64,000 bases of DNA from contig JANWZD010000002.1 in NCBI GenBank assembly GCA_025054935.1, positions 172,145 to 236,144 on the forward strand, in the 5' to 3' direction. Positions 1 to 9,666 of this stretch are shown here, one piece after another. How positions within the stretch are numbered: the first letter of the stretch is position 1; every line of letters begins with the position of its first letter. Source of the stretch: Dehalococcoidia bacterium. GTDB taxonomy: Bacteria > Chloroflexota > Dehalococcoidia > SpSt-223. The notes under the pieces were generated by a model. The model searched no databases and was not told the DNA's origin. It saw only the letters and a list, made by a program, of their open reading frames with translations. Position numbers and translations under genes: made by a program.

Positions 1-1
1 C

Positions 2-1120
2 TACACCGAATTCCAACGCTACGGCGGTGTCAGCGTTCTCGGCTATCCCATCTCGCGCCGCTTTCTCCTTGACGGCTTTCCCTCGCAGGCGTTCCAGAAA
101 GGTATCCTGCAATGGCGGAAGAATGAAAACCGGGCCGTCTTCGTTAATGTGTTCGATAAGCTGAGCGAGGCGGGCTACGATGATTGGCTGCGGACGGTTC
201 GTCTTGTGCCAAACCGCACGATCCCGGAGGAGCCGAGAAACGTTCCCTTCGAACAGATCATTGTCACCCGCCAAGCAGTCCTCAACGACAATCCGCAAAT
301 CCGCGCTGCCTACTTTGCCGCGAGAGACCCCCTCCTTCAGTACGGTCTGCCGACCTCGCGCATCGAAGACCTGGGACCGGTTTATGTGGTCCGTCTGCAG
401 CGGGCTGTGATCCAGCTCTGGAAGACCGACCAGCCGTGGGCACGGGCGGGGCAGGTGACGATCGCCAACGGCGGCGACATCTTCAAAGAGGCGGGGATGA
501 TTGAGAGCGGCCCCGCAACCCCGCATCCCGCCCCGGGATATGAGGGTCACGGTCCGGCCCCTGTGCTGCGCGCTCCCGCCGTCACGCCGCGCCCCGCTCA
601 ACCGGCCGACCGCGCGGCCGCGGCCCGTCCCGCCGCGTCGGCGACCCCCGTCCCGAGCAGTGCGGGCACAATTGTGCGGCAGATCGACCCGCGTCGCCGC
701 ACCCAGCCCGCCTACCTCCAAGAGGTGCCGAACGCCGACTTCATCATCATCAAATTACGCCAGCGCACGGCTTGCGAAAACGCCTGGATGGGCCACGGCT
801 TCTTTGAAGTGCAGGATAAAGACGGTCGCCCTCTTGACAAGGTGACGATCGTCACCCAGAGCGGCGACACGATCGTCCGGCACATCTCGGGAACCAAAGC
901 GCCCGGCAAGGTCGAGGCCTATTTCTACCGCGGCAATTGGACTGCTTGGGTCGAGAAGGATGAGAACGGCCGCCCCGTCACCTCCGACCGCGCCGTGAAT
1001 ATGGACACGATGATCTTTACGATCACCCCTGAGGAGCACGCGGAGCGCTTCTGCAACGGCGTCGAGACCATCACGGTCGGCCACTACTCCTATGACGTGA
1101 CGTTCCGCAAGGTGCGCTAG
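2..1120 (+). CDS. hypothetical two-domain protein with Pro/Ala-rich linker; 5' end probably truncated by the window edge
   Basis: The track lists 149..1120 from a GTG, but the same frame is open back to nt 2 with no stop. It translates to a protein-like peptide (YTEFQRYGGVSVLGYPISRRFLLDGFPSQAFQKGILQW...), so the gene most likely starts upstream of the window. No recognisable family motif. Confidence 0.5.
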   Translation, partial: YTEFQRYGGVSVLGYPISRRFLLDGFPSQAFQKGILQWRKNENRAVFVNVFDKLSEAGYDDWLRTVRLVPNRTIPEEPRNVPFEQIIVTRQAVLNDNPQIRAAYFAARDPLLQYGLPTSRIEDLGPVYVVRLQRAVIQLWKTDQPWARAGQVTIANGGDIFKEAGMIESGPATPHPAPGYEGHGPAPVLRAPAVTPRPAQPADRAAAARPAASATPVPSSAGTIVRQIDPRRRTQPAYLQEVPNADFIIIKLRQRTACENAWMGHGFFEVQDKDGRPLDKVTIVTQSGDTIVRHISGTKAPGKVEAYFYRGNWTAWVEKDENGRPVTSDRAVNMDTMIFTITPEEHAERFCNGVETITVGHYSYDVTFRKVR

Positions 1121-1794
1121 CGCGGCGCTTCCTGCTCGAGCGCAGGAGTGGCGGCCGCTTTGCTCGGGCGCCCCGCTGCGCTCTCGCCGCGGGCCGGCGT
1201 CTGGGGTGAAGAGCGGCGCCGCCGCTTCGGCTGCCGTCCTAGGCGCGGTTTGGGCGGGGTCGGGATGCTTCCTTCAAGCGGTTCGGCGATCAACACCCCC
1301 GCCTCGAGGTCGATCGCGAGCACCACATCCTCGATAGCAGGGAGATAGAGCAAACCGTGCGGCGTTGCGACGACATAAACGTCGTTGGCGCCGGTAAAGA
1401 GCACATCAGTGACCGTGCCGAAAACCCGGCCCTGCCGGTCTTGGACGCGAAGCCCCACGAGCTGATGAATGTAAAATTCGCCCTCCGGCAGCGGGGGGAG
1501 TTCTGCTTTCGGGACGAGCAGAAACTCGCCGCGCAGCGCTTCGGCAGCGGTGCGGTCAGTGACCTCTTCGAGCGTGATCGTTGCGTTGGCGCCCATGATG
1601 CGTGCCTCGCGGAGGCGCATGCGGCGGCTGGCGACGATAAATTCGCGGCCGGGAACCAGCCGCTCAGGGAAATCCGTCTCGAGGCGCACCCGCAGCGCAC
1701 CTTTCAGCCCGAAGGCGCCGACGATCTGGCCGACAGCGACGAACTCGTCCGGCACCTCTCGCGGTCGCCGGGGCGGCGCGGGACGATCGGTCAC
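1117..1794 (-). CDS. rimM: 16S rRNA processing protein RimM with Arg/Lys-rich C-terminal tail
   Basis: N-terminal RimM signature ([18 protein letters not shown]) and PRC-barrel-like C-terminal half. Sits downstream of rpsP and a KH gene in the conserved rpsP-KH-rimM order. Confidence 0.85.
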   Translation of the reverse strand: MTDRPAPPRRPREVPDEFVAVGQIVGAFGLKGALRVRLETDFPERLVPGREFIVASRRMRLREARIMGANATITLEEVTDRTAAEALRGEFLLVPKAELPPLPEGEFYIHQLVGLRVQDRQGRVFGTVTDVLFTGANDVYVVATPHGLLYLPAIEDVVLAIDLEAGVLIAEPLEGSIPTPPKPRLGRQPKRRRRSSPQTPARGESAAGRPSKAAATPALEQEAPR

Positions 1795-2024
1795 TCGATT
1801 TCGAGAACGTACCGGCCGCCGGAGCGGGTGGCCGCAGCCTTAAGCAGCGTCCGCATGGCGCTTGCGATGCGGCCCTGTTTGCCGATGACCCGCCCCATAT
1901 CATCCGGGGCGACCCGGAGCTCGAGGATGGTCGAGTTGCGGCCCCGCACTTCGCGCACCTGCACCTGCTCGGGGTGGTCAACAATCGACGAAGCGATATA
2001 TTCGATCAGTGCTTTCATCGTCAT
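1791..2024 (-). CDS. KH-domain RNA-binding protein (YlqC/UPF0109-like)
   Basis: 77 aa with a KH motif ([16 protein letters not shown]). 4-nt overlap with rimM; lies between rpsP and rimM as in many bacteria. Confidence 0.8.
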   Translation of the reverse strand: MTMKALIEYIASSIVDHPEQVQVREVRGRNSTILELRVAPDDMGRVIGKQGRIASAMRTLLKAAATRSGGRYVLEIE

Positions 2025-2030
2025 CGGCGG

Positions 2031-2303
2031 CTACGCCTTATTGGCGGCAAGCTGCTTGAACTTCTCCGTGATGCCGGTAATAGCGAGCAGCTTCGCGACT
2101 CGATCGGTCGGTTGAGCGCCGTTGCGGAGCCAGCGCAAGGCTTTCTCTTCGTCGATGACAATCGTCGACGGTTCGGTGCGCGGGTTGTAGTGGCCGATTA
2201 TCTCGATGAAAGCGCCATCGCGCGGAGAGTGCGCGTAGGCGGCGACGACACGGTAGGTTGGTTTCTTCTTCGACCCCATGCGGCGAAGACGAAGTCGTAC
2301 CAT
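2031..2303 (-). CDS. rpsP: 30S ribosomal protein S16
   Basis: The C-terminal 90 aa of ORF 2031..2732 read [42 protein letters not shown]..., the S16 family signature. The internal ATG at 2303 is preceded by GAGAGG. The upstream 143 codons of the track ORF are not S16-like and are discarded. Confidence 0.9.
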   Translation of the reverse strand: MVRLRLRRMGSKKKPTYRVVAAYAHSPRDGAFIEIIGHYNPRTEPSTIVIDEEKALRWLRNGAQPTDRVAKLLAITGITEKFKQLAANKA

Positions 2304-2371
2304 AACGTTCCTCTCAGCTGTTGCAGCAGAAAAGTATAGAACTGTTTCGCGCCCGGGGCGAGGAGAGGGCG

Positions 2372-4051
2372 CTACTTCGGAGTAGGGATGTAGGCGCCCG
2401 TCGGCTTTCTGCCGAGCGCATACGCAGTCGATGTTTTGAGGCCGGCGACGCCGGTAATGATCGGCAGCAGCAGCGGCATCATCACGTAGAAAAGCGCCAT
2501 TTCGACGACCCGGCGCCAAACCGGCGCGCGATCGGGCACGTAGAGCGGGGCTGCAAGCAGCCGCCAGAAGACGACAAGGCCGAGCACCGTAACGATCGAG
2601 AGGAAGAACGGCAGCCCCATCTCGAGCGGGGTTAAGTCGTAGCGAGGATAGAGCGTCTCGACCACGCTGCGCGCAGCAAGAAATCCCCAGCCCGGCAGGA
2701 TGGTCAGCGTATCCCGCTCGATCCCCGCCCACAGTTTCCAGGCGGTGAAATAGGGCGCGCCGGCTTTCACCGACTCAATGAACTCGTCGAGCGGCCCTTC
2801 TCGCCACCGCGCGCTCTGCCGGAACAGAACGCGGAAGCTCGTCCAGTAATCCTGCAGCCGGGCCCAGACGGTTCGGCCCGTCTCAAAGATCATCACCGGA
2901 TAGACGTAGGTGGGCACTGGGAGGCCAGTCACCGCAAAATCGTCGCCATACCGCATCCGGAGCCGCAGCTCGACCCCGCTGTCCTGACTGTGGGACTGGG
3001 TCGGCCAGAAGTCGACCGAGTGCAGCAGCTGCAGGCTCGCAGCGGCGCCTGTGAAAGCGACTTCCGGCCAGCGGTTCCACCCTAAAGTCAGGGCGGAGGT
3101 CCCGAGCGCCGCGATCCGGCTATGGAGCGGCGCTGCCCAATAATCGATCGTGAACATGACGACCGGCTGATAGACGCGTTTGTGCCGGTTGGGGTCGCGA
3201 AGGAATGTCGTCAGGAGACAGGCGAGATAGTTCGGATGGAGGCGAGTATCGGAGTCGAAATCGGCCACGATCACTTTCGCCGGGTCGCCGCCCGCGCGAA
3301 CGACCTCGTCGTACAAGATCCGCCCGGTGTAGTGCATCGCGCTGCTGGGCCCCGGCAGGACATCCGGCTCGACCGGATGGAGGATCTGGCGGACCCGAAG
3401 ACGGCCGGCGAATTCGGCCGCGAGGCGTTCGATCAGCGGCGGCGTGATCGGGTCGGTCACCTCGGTTGCGTACACGACCTCCACCTGGCGGAGCCCCGCT
3501 GGGTCTGGCCAGGCGCTGTTCAGCACCGACTGCAGCGAGGCGCGCAGCATCTCGACATTCTTCTCGCGGAACGCCCGCACGAGAAGGATGAGCCGATAGT
3601 CCTGCCAGCCATCGCATTGGGCGAGCTGGGCAGCCCAGTCTTCCGCAGCGGCACGCTGGACCGGGGCGTAGTTCCGGATCGCCCCGAGCCCGAAGCGAAG
3701 GACTTTGAAGAAGAAGATCCCCGTCGCGATCAGCACAAACGCGAGGCCCGCCATCGGGTGGATCGCCGTCAGCCATATCGGCGCAAGGACGATCAGCCAC
3801 GCGAAAAGCCCGGGGTAGGCCTCAATAAACCGATCGCGGAGCGAGACATGTGCTCGCGCGGCGGCCGCGCTGGCAAGTCGCTCTTCGCGAGGGCGGACTG
3901 AGTTTTCCATCTCAAGACGTCCTTCGAGCGGCAATTGGAACAATTGCGTCGCGCTGCCTGAGAGTCTCGCCACTGTCACATGGGAGCCGAGGCGCGACAC
4001 AGCAAGAGGGGCGCCCGCGCGTGCCGAGTCCGCCGGCAGTATATCAATCAC
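2372..4051 (-). CDS. family 2 glycosyltransferase, multi-pass membrane protein (processive, cellulose-synthase-like GT2)
   Basis: D,D motifs ([12 protein letters not shown]) and a QxxRW motif ([10 protein letters not shown]) flanked by N- and C-terminal TM segments. An alternative start is Met48 (ATG at 3910, preceded by GAAGGA), which would remove a low-complexity N-terminus. Confidence 0.7.
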   Translation of the reverse strand: MIDILPADSARAGAPLAVSRLGSHVTVARLSGSATQLFQLPLEGRLEMENSVRPREERLASAAAARAHVSLRDRFIEAYPGLFAWLIVLAPIWLTAIHPMAGLAFVLIATGIFFFKVLRFGLGAIRNYAPVQRAAAEDWAAQLAQCDGWQDYRLILLVRAFREKNVEMLRASLQSVLNSAWPDPAGLRQVEVVYATEVTDPITPPLIERLAAEFAGRLRVRQILHPVEPDVLPGPSSAMHYTGRILYDEVVRAGGDPAKVIVADFDSDTRLHPNYLACLLTTFLRDPNRHKRVYQPVVMFTIDYWAAPLHSRIAALGTSALTLGWNRWPEVAFTGAAASLQLLHSVDFWPTQSHSQDSGVELRLRMRYGDDFAVTGLPVPTYVYPVMIFETGRTVWARLQDYWTSFRVLFRQSARWREGPLDEFIESVKAGAPYFTAWKLWAGIERDTLTILPGWGFLAARSVVETLYPRYDLTPLEMGLPFFLSIVTVLGLVVFWRLLAAPLYVPDRAPVWRRVVEMALFYVMMPLLLPIITGVAGLKTSTAYALGRKPTGAYIPTPK

Positions 4052-4173
4052 TCATTTCTTCAGCAACCGCTCGCCTGCCTGACTGCTCGATCAGCGCGAG
4101 CCGTTAACCGTTCTCTCGCCGTGCCGCCTTCCATCGTCGCCCGCTGAGCAATTGGGTACACTTCGGTAGCGAT

Positions 4174-5880
4174 GTGCAGCACGTTCGCGCGGCGAAAGAC
4201 CCCGCTTCTCGTTGGGCTCAGCCGACCTCGGCGCGGGAGCGCGGGGGGGTGATCGGACGCCGTCGTTTTCTCCAGTTGGCGGGCGCGGCTGCGGGGCTGG
4301 CGTCGGTCCGCTGCGCGCCGATCCTGCCGGCCAGCACCGACATCGGCCCGCCGCTTATCCAGCCGGGGGGGATGCTGCGCGTGGCGGTTGCTGGTGAACT
4401 GCCGAGCGGCGACCCGCTGGTGACAACGCCCGCGAACCAGGTCCTGTGTGGGCTGCTCTACAGCCGGCTTCTGCGCCCCCGCGCGGGCGCTGGAGTGCCC
4501 TACGACTCGGCCGAGATTATCGAAGACCTCGCCGAGAAGTGGGAACAGGTCGATGACTATGTCTACATCTTCTATCTGCGCCGCGGGGTCCGCTGGCACG
4601 ACCTCCCGCCGGTCGCTGCCCGGGAGGTCGTCGCTGATGATGTCCGGCTGACCCTCGAACGGCTGATCGCGCTGCGGCCTGCCGCCGCCCCGCTCGCCTT
4701 CGGCGCCATTGACCGGATTGAGCTGCCCGACCGCTACACCCTCAAGCTGACGCTCCGCGAGCCCCTTCCGTCGATCATCGCGGCGATTGCCAGTCCTCTT
4801 GCGCGGATTGTGCCGGCGGAGCTGATCGATCGCGAAGTCGACCTGCGGCGTCATCCCGTCGGCTCGGGCCCCTTCCTGCTGCCGCGTCCCGACCGCAGCG
4901 GCCGGATTGTGCTCCGCAAAAACCCCGGCTATTTTCGCTCCAGCCAGCCCTATCTCGAGGCGGTGGAGCTGGTCTTGGTGCCGGACCGCGCCACAGAACT
5001 GGCGCTGCTCAAAAACCGAGAGAGCGACCTCGGCATCGAACCGGCCGGGCTGCTGCAGAGCGAGGCAGACGCGCTGCGCGCCGCGAACCCCGACCTCGTC
5101 ATCAGCCGCATCCAGCGGCCGACCGTCATCCTGCTCGGCTACAACGACGCCCGCGCGCCGTTCCACGACGTCCGCCTCCGTCAGGCAGTCTCGCTCGCGC
5201 TCGACCGGCGGCGCCTGGCGAGCGAGGCGTATGGCGAGAATTATGTCTTGTCTGGGCATGTCCCGCCGTCGGTAGCGGACTGGGCGCTTTTCCCGGACGA
5301 GGTAGAACGGTTGTGGGGGCGCCGAGACATCGCCCGAGCGCGCGCGCTCTGGGCAGAGGCGGCCGTTGTCGACCCGGGCGAGCTGACGTTGCTGGTGCAT
5401 CCCAGCGCTGACCTTGGCGGGCTCGCCGACGGGATCGTGGAGCAGCTTCGGGAGGCGGGGATCCGCGCTCGCCTCTCTCGTCTCGAGCCGGTTCTGCTCG
5501 GGCGGGCGCTTGCTGACCGCGCTTTCGACCTCCTACTCATCCAGCCCGCGCCCTCGACCGAATTCGATGACTGGACCGGCGCGCTCTACAGCGCGGCCTC
5601 CCCGCGCAATCTCTGGGGCTATGTCGACCGCCGGTTTGAGGAGCTGCTCCTTCGCACGCGCCGCGGCCCGGACCGAGAAGGACGCCGTCGCGCGGCGCTC
5701 GACCTCCAGCGCTACCTTGCCGATAAGGTTCCGGTCGCCCCCCTCTTCTCGCCAGTGCACTACTATGCTGTTGCCGCGAACGTGAAGGGCTGGGCGCCCC
5801 ATTGGTCCGCCGGCTTGCCCGGCCTCGATGAGGCGTGGCTTTACCGCCCGCCGCTCCCGACACCGACCGGGCGGGGATAA
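4174..5880 (+). CDS. ABC transporter substrate-binding protein, family 5 (peptide/nickel/oligosaccharide type), Tat signal
   Basis: Twin-arginine signal (GRRRFLQLAGAAAGLA) followed by the SBP_bac_5-type core (GGMLRVAVAGELPSGDPL...). The start is uncertain (GTG at 4174 or downstream GTG at 4249). Confidence 0.8.
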   Translation: MQHVRAAKDPASRWAQPTSARERGGVIGRRRFLQLAGAAAGLASVRCAPILPASTDIGPPLIQPGGMLRVAVAGELPSGDPLVTTPANQVLCGLLYSRLLRPRAGAGVPYDSAEIIEDLAEKWEQVDDYVYIFYLRRGVRWHDLPPVAAREVVADDVRLTLERLIALRPAAAPLAFGAIDRIELPDRYTLKLTLREPLPSIIAAIASPLARIVPAELIDREVDLRRHPVGSGPFLLPRPDRSGRIVLRKNPGYFRSSQPYLEAVELVLVPDRATELALLKNRESDLGIEPAGLLQSEADALRAANPDLVISRIQRPTVILLGYNDARAPFHDVRLRQAVSLALDRRRLASEAYGENYVLSGHVPPSVADWALFPDEVERLWGRRDIARARALWAEAAVVDPGELTLLVHPSADLGGLADGIVEQLREAGIRARLSRLEPVLLGRALADRAFDLLLIQPAPSTEFDDWTGALYSAASPRNLWGYVDRRFEELLLRTRRGPDREGRRRAALDLQRYLADKVPVAPLFSPVHYYAVAANVKGWAPHWSAGLPGLDEAWLYRPPLPTPTGRG

Positions 5881-5883
5881 GCA

Positions 5884-6834
5884 ATGCCCACGGAGACAAT
5901 CCTTGGTCGGCACGCGGTCAGCGAGGCGCTTCGCGCCGGGCGTCCCATCCGTCGGCTGCTGGTGGTCGGCGCGCGGGGGCTTGTGCCTCCGTCGTACCAC
6001 GATCTCGCCGCGCTCGCCCGGCAGCACGACATCCCGGTGCACATCGTTAACCGCCAAACGCTCGACCGGCTCGGCGCTCAGCATCAAGGAATTGCGGCGG
6101 AGGTGGAGCCGTTCGCCTACGTTGAGCTCGACGCGCTCTTCGAGGCGGCAGCCGCAAGCGGGCGCCCCTTCTTGGCCGTCGTGCTCGACTCGGTTCAAGA
6201 TCCCCAGAACTTCGGAACACTTCTCCGCACTGCTGCCGCGCTTGGCGCCCACGGCATCCTTCTTCCGAAGCACCGGTCGGTAGCCGTCACCCCGGCAGTG
6301 GAGCGCGCCTCTGCCGGCGCCGTATCGCGGCTGCGTATCCACCGCGCCACGAACCTTCCCCGAGCGCTCGACCAGCTCCGAGAGCGGGGAGTGTGGGTGT
6401 ATGGGATCGATGCTCGCGCTCCCCTGCGCTACGATCAGGTGGACCTGACCGGGCCGATTGCTCTTGTCGTCGGCTCGGAGGGAGCCGGGATCAGTCGTCT
6501 CGTCGGCGAACACTGCGACCGGATGCTCCGCGTGCCGATGGCCGGCGAATTCGACTCCCTGAACGTCGCGGTCGCCGGCTCAATCGTCTTGGCCGAAGTC
6601 TTCCGCCAGCGCGAGCGAGTAGGCGAAGCGGCGGAAGGGCCGCTCCCCCCGAAGCAGGCCAAGGCGAGCTCCGCCGCCGGCGCGCGCGAGACCGCGCCAG
6701 TCTCTGCTCCTCCGACGCCCGGCCTGCCCCGGCCGACCCCTGACCGCCAGCCGACGCGGGCTCAGGGCGGGAAGCGACGCTCCGGTCGGCCGCCGGGCAT
6801 GGGCGGGCGGGGACGCCCCGGCCGCCGGAAATGA
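5884..6834 (+). CDS. rlmB: TrmH/SpoU-family 23S rRNA 2'-O-methyltransferase (RlmB-like) with basic low-complexity C-terminal tail
   Basis: SpoU methylase motifs (LDSVQDPQNFGTLLRTAAALGA; LVVGSEGAGIS; EFDSLNVAVAGSIVL) and an N-terminal substrate-binding-like domain. About 70 aa of Pro/Arg/Gly-rich tail. Confidence 0.8.
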   Translation: MPTETILGRHAVSEALRAGRPIRRLLVVGARGLVPPSYHDLAALARQHDIPVHIVNRQTLDRLGAQHQGIAAEVEPFAYVELDALFEAAAASGRPFLAVVLDSVQDPQNFGTLLRTAAALGAHGILLPKHRSVAVTPAVERASAGAVSRLRIHRATNLPRALDQLRERGVWVYGIDARAPLRYDQVDLTGPIALVVGSEGAGISRLVGEHCDRMLRVPMAGEFDSLNVAVAGSIVLAEVFRQRERVGEAAEGPLPPKQAKASSAAGARETAPVSAPPTPGLPRPTPDRQPTRAQGGKRRSGRPPGMGGRGRPGRRK

Positions 6835-7415
6835 TGCGGCTGCTGCTCCTCTCGGCGTCGCCGCGCCGGCGCGACCTCCTTGCTGCAAGCGGCCTCTCTT
6901 TTGAGGTCTGCCCAGTCGCCATCGACGAGACCCCCCGCCCCGGGGAGTCCCCCGCGCAGCTCGCGGAGCGGCTGGCCCGCGAAAAAGCGGCCGTGGCCCC
7001 GGTGCGCGACGCTTGGGGCATCGCCGCCGACACCGTCGTTGCCCTCGAAGGCGAGGTGTTCGGCAAGCCGGCAACCCCCGAGGAAGCGGTCGCGATGCTT
7101 CGCCGGCTGCGCGGCCGCTGGCATGAGGTGTATACCGCAGTCGCCGTTCGCCGTCCGGATGGCGTTCTCCTCTCCGCGGTTGACCGCACCCGTGTCCTCA
7201 TGCGCTCGTATAGTGACCAGGAGATCGCCGCCTACGTCGCGAGCGGCGACCCGCTCGACAAAGCGGGAGCGTATGCAATCCAGCATCCGGGCTTCCGGCC
7301 GGTCGAGCGGATCGAAGGGCGATACGATACTGTCGTCGGGCTGCCGGTACCCCTGGTCATGCAGCTGCTCGATGCTGCCGGCTGGCCGCTCAGGTCAGCC
7401 GCAAGTCCGCAATAA
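6831..7415 (+). CDS. maf: Maf-like nucleoside triphosphate pyrophosphatase
   Basis: Maf family motifs (LLSASPRRRDLL ... AYAIQ) over 194 aa. ATGA overlap with the preceding gene. Confidence 0.85.
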   Translation: MMRLLLLSASPRRRDLLAASGLSFEVCPVAIDETPRPGESPAQLAERLAREKAAVAPVRDAWGIAADTVVALEGEVFGKPATPEEAVAMLRRLRGRWHEVYTAVAVRRPDGVLLSAVDRTRVLMRSYSDQEIAAYVASGDPLDKAGAYAIQHPGFRPVERIEGRYDTVVGLPVPLVMQLLDAAGWPLRSAASPQ

Positions 7416-8061
7416 GGTCGGTCTCGCTCGTCTGGATCGCGAGGATTCGAAAGCCGACAGCATTCCGGTAGGCGTTCATGCGGGTGTTGATCGCCTCCTC
7501 AACGACCTCGGCAATCTGCCCCCGAAACGGCAGGAGCAGGAGTGAGGAGCTGAGAGGCGTCACCGCAATGCGGTTTCCCGCCAAGGAAAGCTGCCCCGTA
7601 AACGAGAGGGCGAGGTCGCGCGCGCCGACCGGACGCGCGCGCAGGACGATGATGTTGCCAGGGCGGATGTCGAGGTCAACGGTGTCGATGCCGGCGCCGA
7701 TCCCGCTGGTCGGGATCGACTGGTTGGCAACGGAATTGAGATACGCCTCTGAGATCCGAAGCTGCACGTCATAGCGTCCCGGTGGGCGGGGCGTCGGCTC
7801 GGGGAGCAGCTCCGGAAAAGGCGTCGGCGTTGCGGCGGGAACGAGGACCGGAAGTTCGGTAGGGGTCGGCGCTGCTGGGCTCGCGCCGAAGGTGACCGGC
7901 TCGGCGAACTGGGCGACGATTGTCGCCGCCGCCGCGTAGCCGAGAAGGAGCAGCAGCGCGAGGGTTCCTACCGCGCCGAGCGCCATCATGCCGAGGGAAT
8001 AGAGACATGAATGGACCGGGGGACTAAGGGTCGGGTCGGGTCGGCGGCCCGGCTTGATCAC
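7390..8061 (-). CDS. hypothetical membrane-anchored protein (N-terminal TM, Pro/Thr-rich linker, C-terminal globular domain)
   Basis: ORF with a hydrophobic N-terminus (MMALGAVGTLALLLLLGYAAAA) and a PTPT linker, convergent with maf. No family motif recognised; a start at Met25 (7989) is possible. Confidence 0.4.
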   Translation of the reverse strand: MIKPGRRPDPTLSPPVHSCLYSLGMMALGAVGTLALLLLLGYAAAATIVAQFAEPVTFGASPAAPTPTELPVLVPAATPTPFPELLPEPTPRPPGRYDVQLRISEAYLNSVANQSIPTSGIGAGIDTVDLDIRPGNIIVLRARPVGARDLALSFTGQLSLAGNRIAVTPLSSSLLLLPFRGQIAEVVEEAINTRMNAYRNAVGFRILAIQTSETDLIADLRLT

Positions 8062-8186
8062 GCCTCATCTCCTACAGTGATGTTTTAACGCCGTCGGCCA
8101 GTGTTCGTTCCGCCTCCTTGACTCCTTGCTGCTCGCGCTCGAGAATCGCGTCGGACCCGGACAGGATGGCCGAAAGGGGGCGTGCC

Positions 8187-9521
8187 ATGCGGATTCTTTG
8201 GGTGCTGGCGCTTGCGCTGGCGCTGATCATTCCGGCGAACGTGTCGGCGCAGGAGCCGAGAGCGGGGCGGATCGCGTTTGCCGGACCGTTCGGCCTCTGG
8301 ACGATCGGGAGCGACGGGCGCGGTGAACAGCTGCTTCCCAGCGGGGTGGGCGCCGACATGCCGGCGTGGTCCCCGGATGGCCGCCGCCTCGTCTACGTCA
8401 TCAGCGGCACGCCGGAAGCAGGGGTCTGGCTGCTCGACCTGCAGGACGGCTCCCGCCGCCTCCTGACGCGCGATCTCTGGCGCTGGCCGGCCTGGTCTCC
8501 CGATGGCCGCGCGATCGCGTTTACGCTGCCGCATCCGTTCGGCTCTGACCTCGGCATCTGGGACCTCCAAGTAGGCGCCGGCGTCATCATCGCTACTGGC
8601 GGGTTCAATGAAGCGCCCTCGTGGTGGCTCGACGGCTCGCGCCTGCTTTTCAGCCGGAATGGCGAAATCTGGAACATTCGCGTTGATGGCGGCGAGGCCG
8701 GGCCCCTGCCGGGGCTCGCGGGGATACGAGCGCTGCAGGCTGCTTGGTCGCCGGACGGCTTGCGGCTTGCCTACCTCACGACACCCAGAGAACGCAGCTT
8801 CGACGACCCGACCGCGCCGGTCCAATTGTGGGTCGCAACGAGCGAAGGGTTTGACGGCCAGTGGATCGCCCAGGGCGCGATCGACCGGACGCAGCGGATC
8901 AGCTGGTCGCCGGATGGCAACCAGATCGCTTTCGCGGTCCTCTCCGGCCTCGGGTCGGATATCTACACCATCTACCGAACGGGCGGAGAGTGGCAGCGCC
9001 TCTCGGACGGACGCAATCCGGCGTGGCGGCCGGCGGTGCCGGACGTGACGCGCCCTGTCTCACCGGTGTGCGCGATCGCTCCGGAACGGCTGTATGCCGA
9101 CGCCTTCCGGAAAGTGCCCGCGCTCCAACAGTATATCGGCTGCCCCACCGACCAGATCTCCTCGGTGTATGGGGTGATGCAGGAGTTCGAAGGCGGGTTC
9201 CTCTACTACCGGACCCTGCCGAGCGGCACGACGACATGGGTGTTCTTCAACGACGGCACGTGGACTGCCGGCGACCCCCGTCCGCTGCTCGCAGCGCCGA
9301 TCGTTCCGCCGCCGCCCGGCCGCTTCGTGCCGAGGAATGCCTTCTTCAACGTGTGGGTTGCCCTTGGCGGCCCCGTGTCGCGGCTTGGCTGGGCGACGAC
9401 CGAAGAGACGGGCTTCCCGAGCGACGGGCAGCCGTATGAACGCGGCCTCGCGTTTGCGGGGAACAATCGCGTTATCTTCCTCAACGTCGACGGGACGTAC
9501 CAGATGGTGCTGCTGCCCTAG
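8187..9521 (+). CDS. TolB-like periplasmic beta-propeller protein (PD40/WD40-like repeats) with extra C-terminal domain
   Basis: Signal peptide (MRILWVLALALALIIPANVSA) at the internal ATG 8187, preceded by AAGGGGG. Repeated WSPDGRRLVY / WSPDGRAIAF / WSPDGLRLAY / WSPDGNQIAF PD40 motifs. The track ORF start at 8118 is probably too far upstream. Confidence 0.7.
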   Translation: MRILWVLALALALIIPANVSAQEPRAGRIAFAGPFGLWTIGSDGRGEQLLPSGVGADMPAWSPDGRRLVYVISGTPEAGVWLLDLQDGSRRLLTRDLWRWPAWSPDGRAIAFTLPHPFGSDLGIWDLQVGAGVIIATGGFNEAPSWWLDGSRLLFSRNGEIWNIRVDGGEAGPLPGLAGIRALQAAWSPDGLRLAYLTTPRERSFDDPTAPVQLWVATSEGFDGQWIAQGAIDRTQRISWSPDGNQIAFAVLSGLGSDIYTIYRTGGEWQRLSDGRNPAWRPAVPDVTRPVSPVCAIAPERLYADAFRKVPALQQYIGCPTDQISSVYGVMQEFEGGFLYYRTLPSGTTTWVFFNDGTWTAGDPRPLLAAPIVPPPPGRFVPRNAFFNVWVALGGPVSRLGWATTEETGFPSDGQPYERGLAFAGNNRVIFLNVDGTYQMVLLP

Positions 9522-9666
9522 CGTCCGCTGCCCCTATAGCGGCGGGGGCGCTGCTCTCAGCGCTCAGCAGCCGCCTTCCCGCTGCGTCGCGGTGAAGCCG
9601 CGCGCATTCTGATATGATCCTTCGCGATTCTCTCAATACCGCGCCCAGCGCGCCACAGGAGACGAG

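Noticed and set aside
2304-2732. 143-codon N-terminal extension fused to rpsP in the ORF track
   Set aside because: S16 homology starts exactly at the internal ATG with its own GAGAGG RBS; the upstream part is Arg/Ala-rich with no homology.
4060-5400. 446-aa minus-strand ORF antisense to the family-5 SBP gene
   Set aside because: Arg/Ala/Gly-rich low-complexity translation typical of an antisense frame in high-GC DNA; the sense strand has a coherent Tat-signal SBP.
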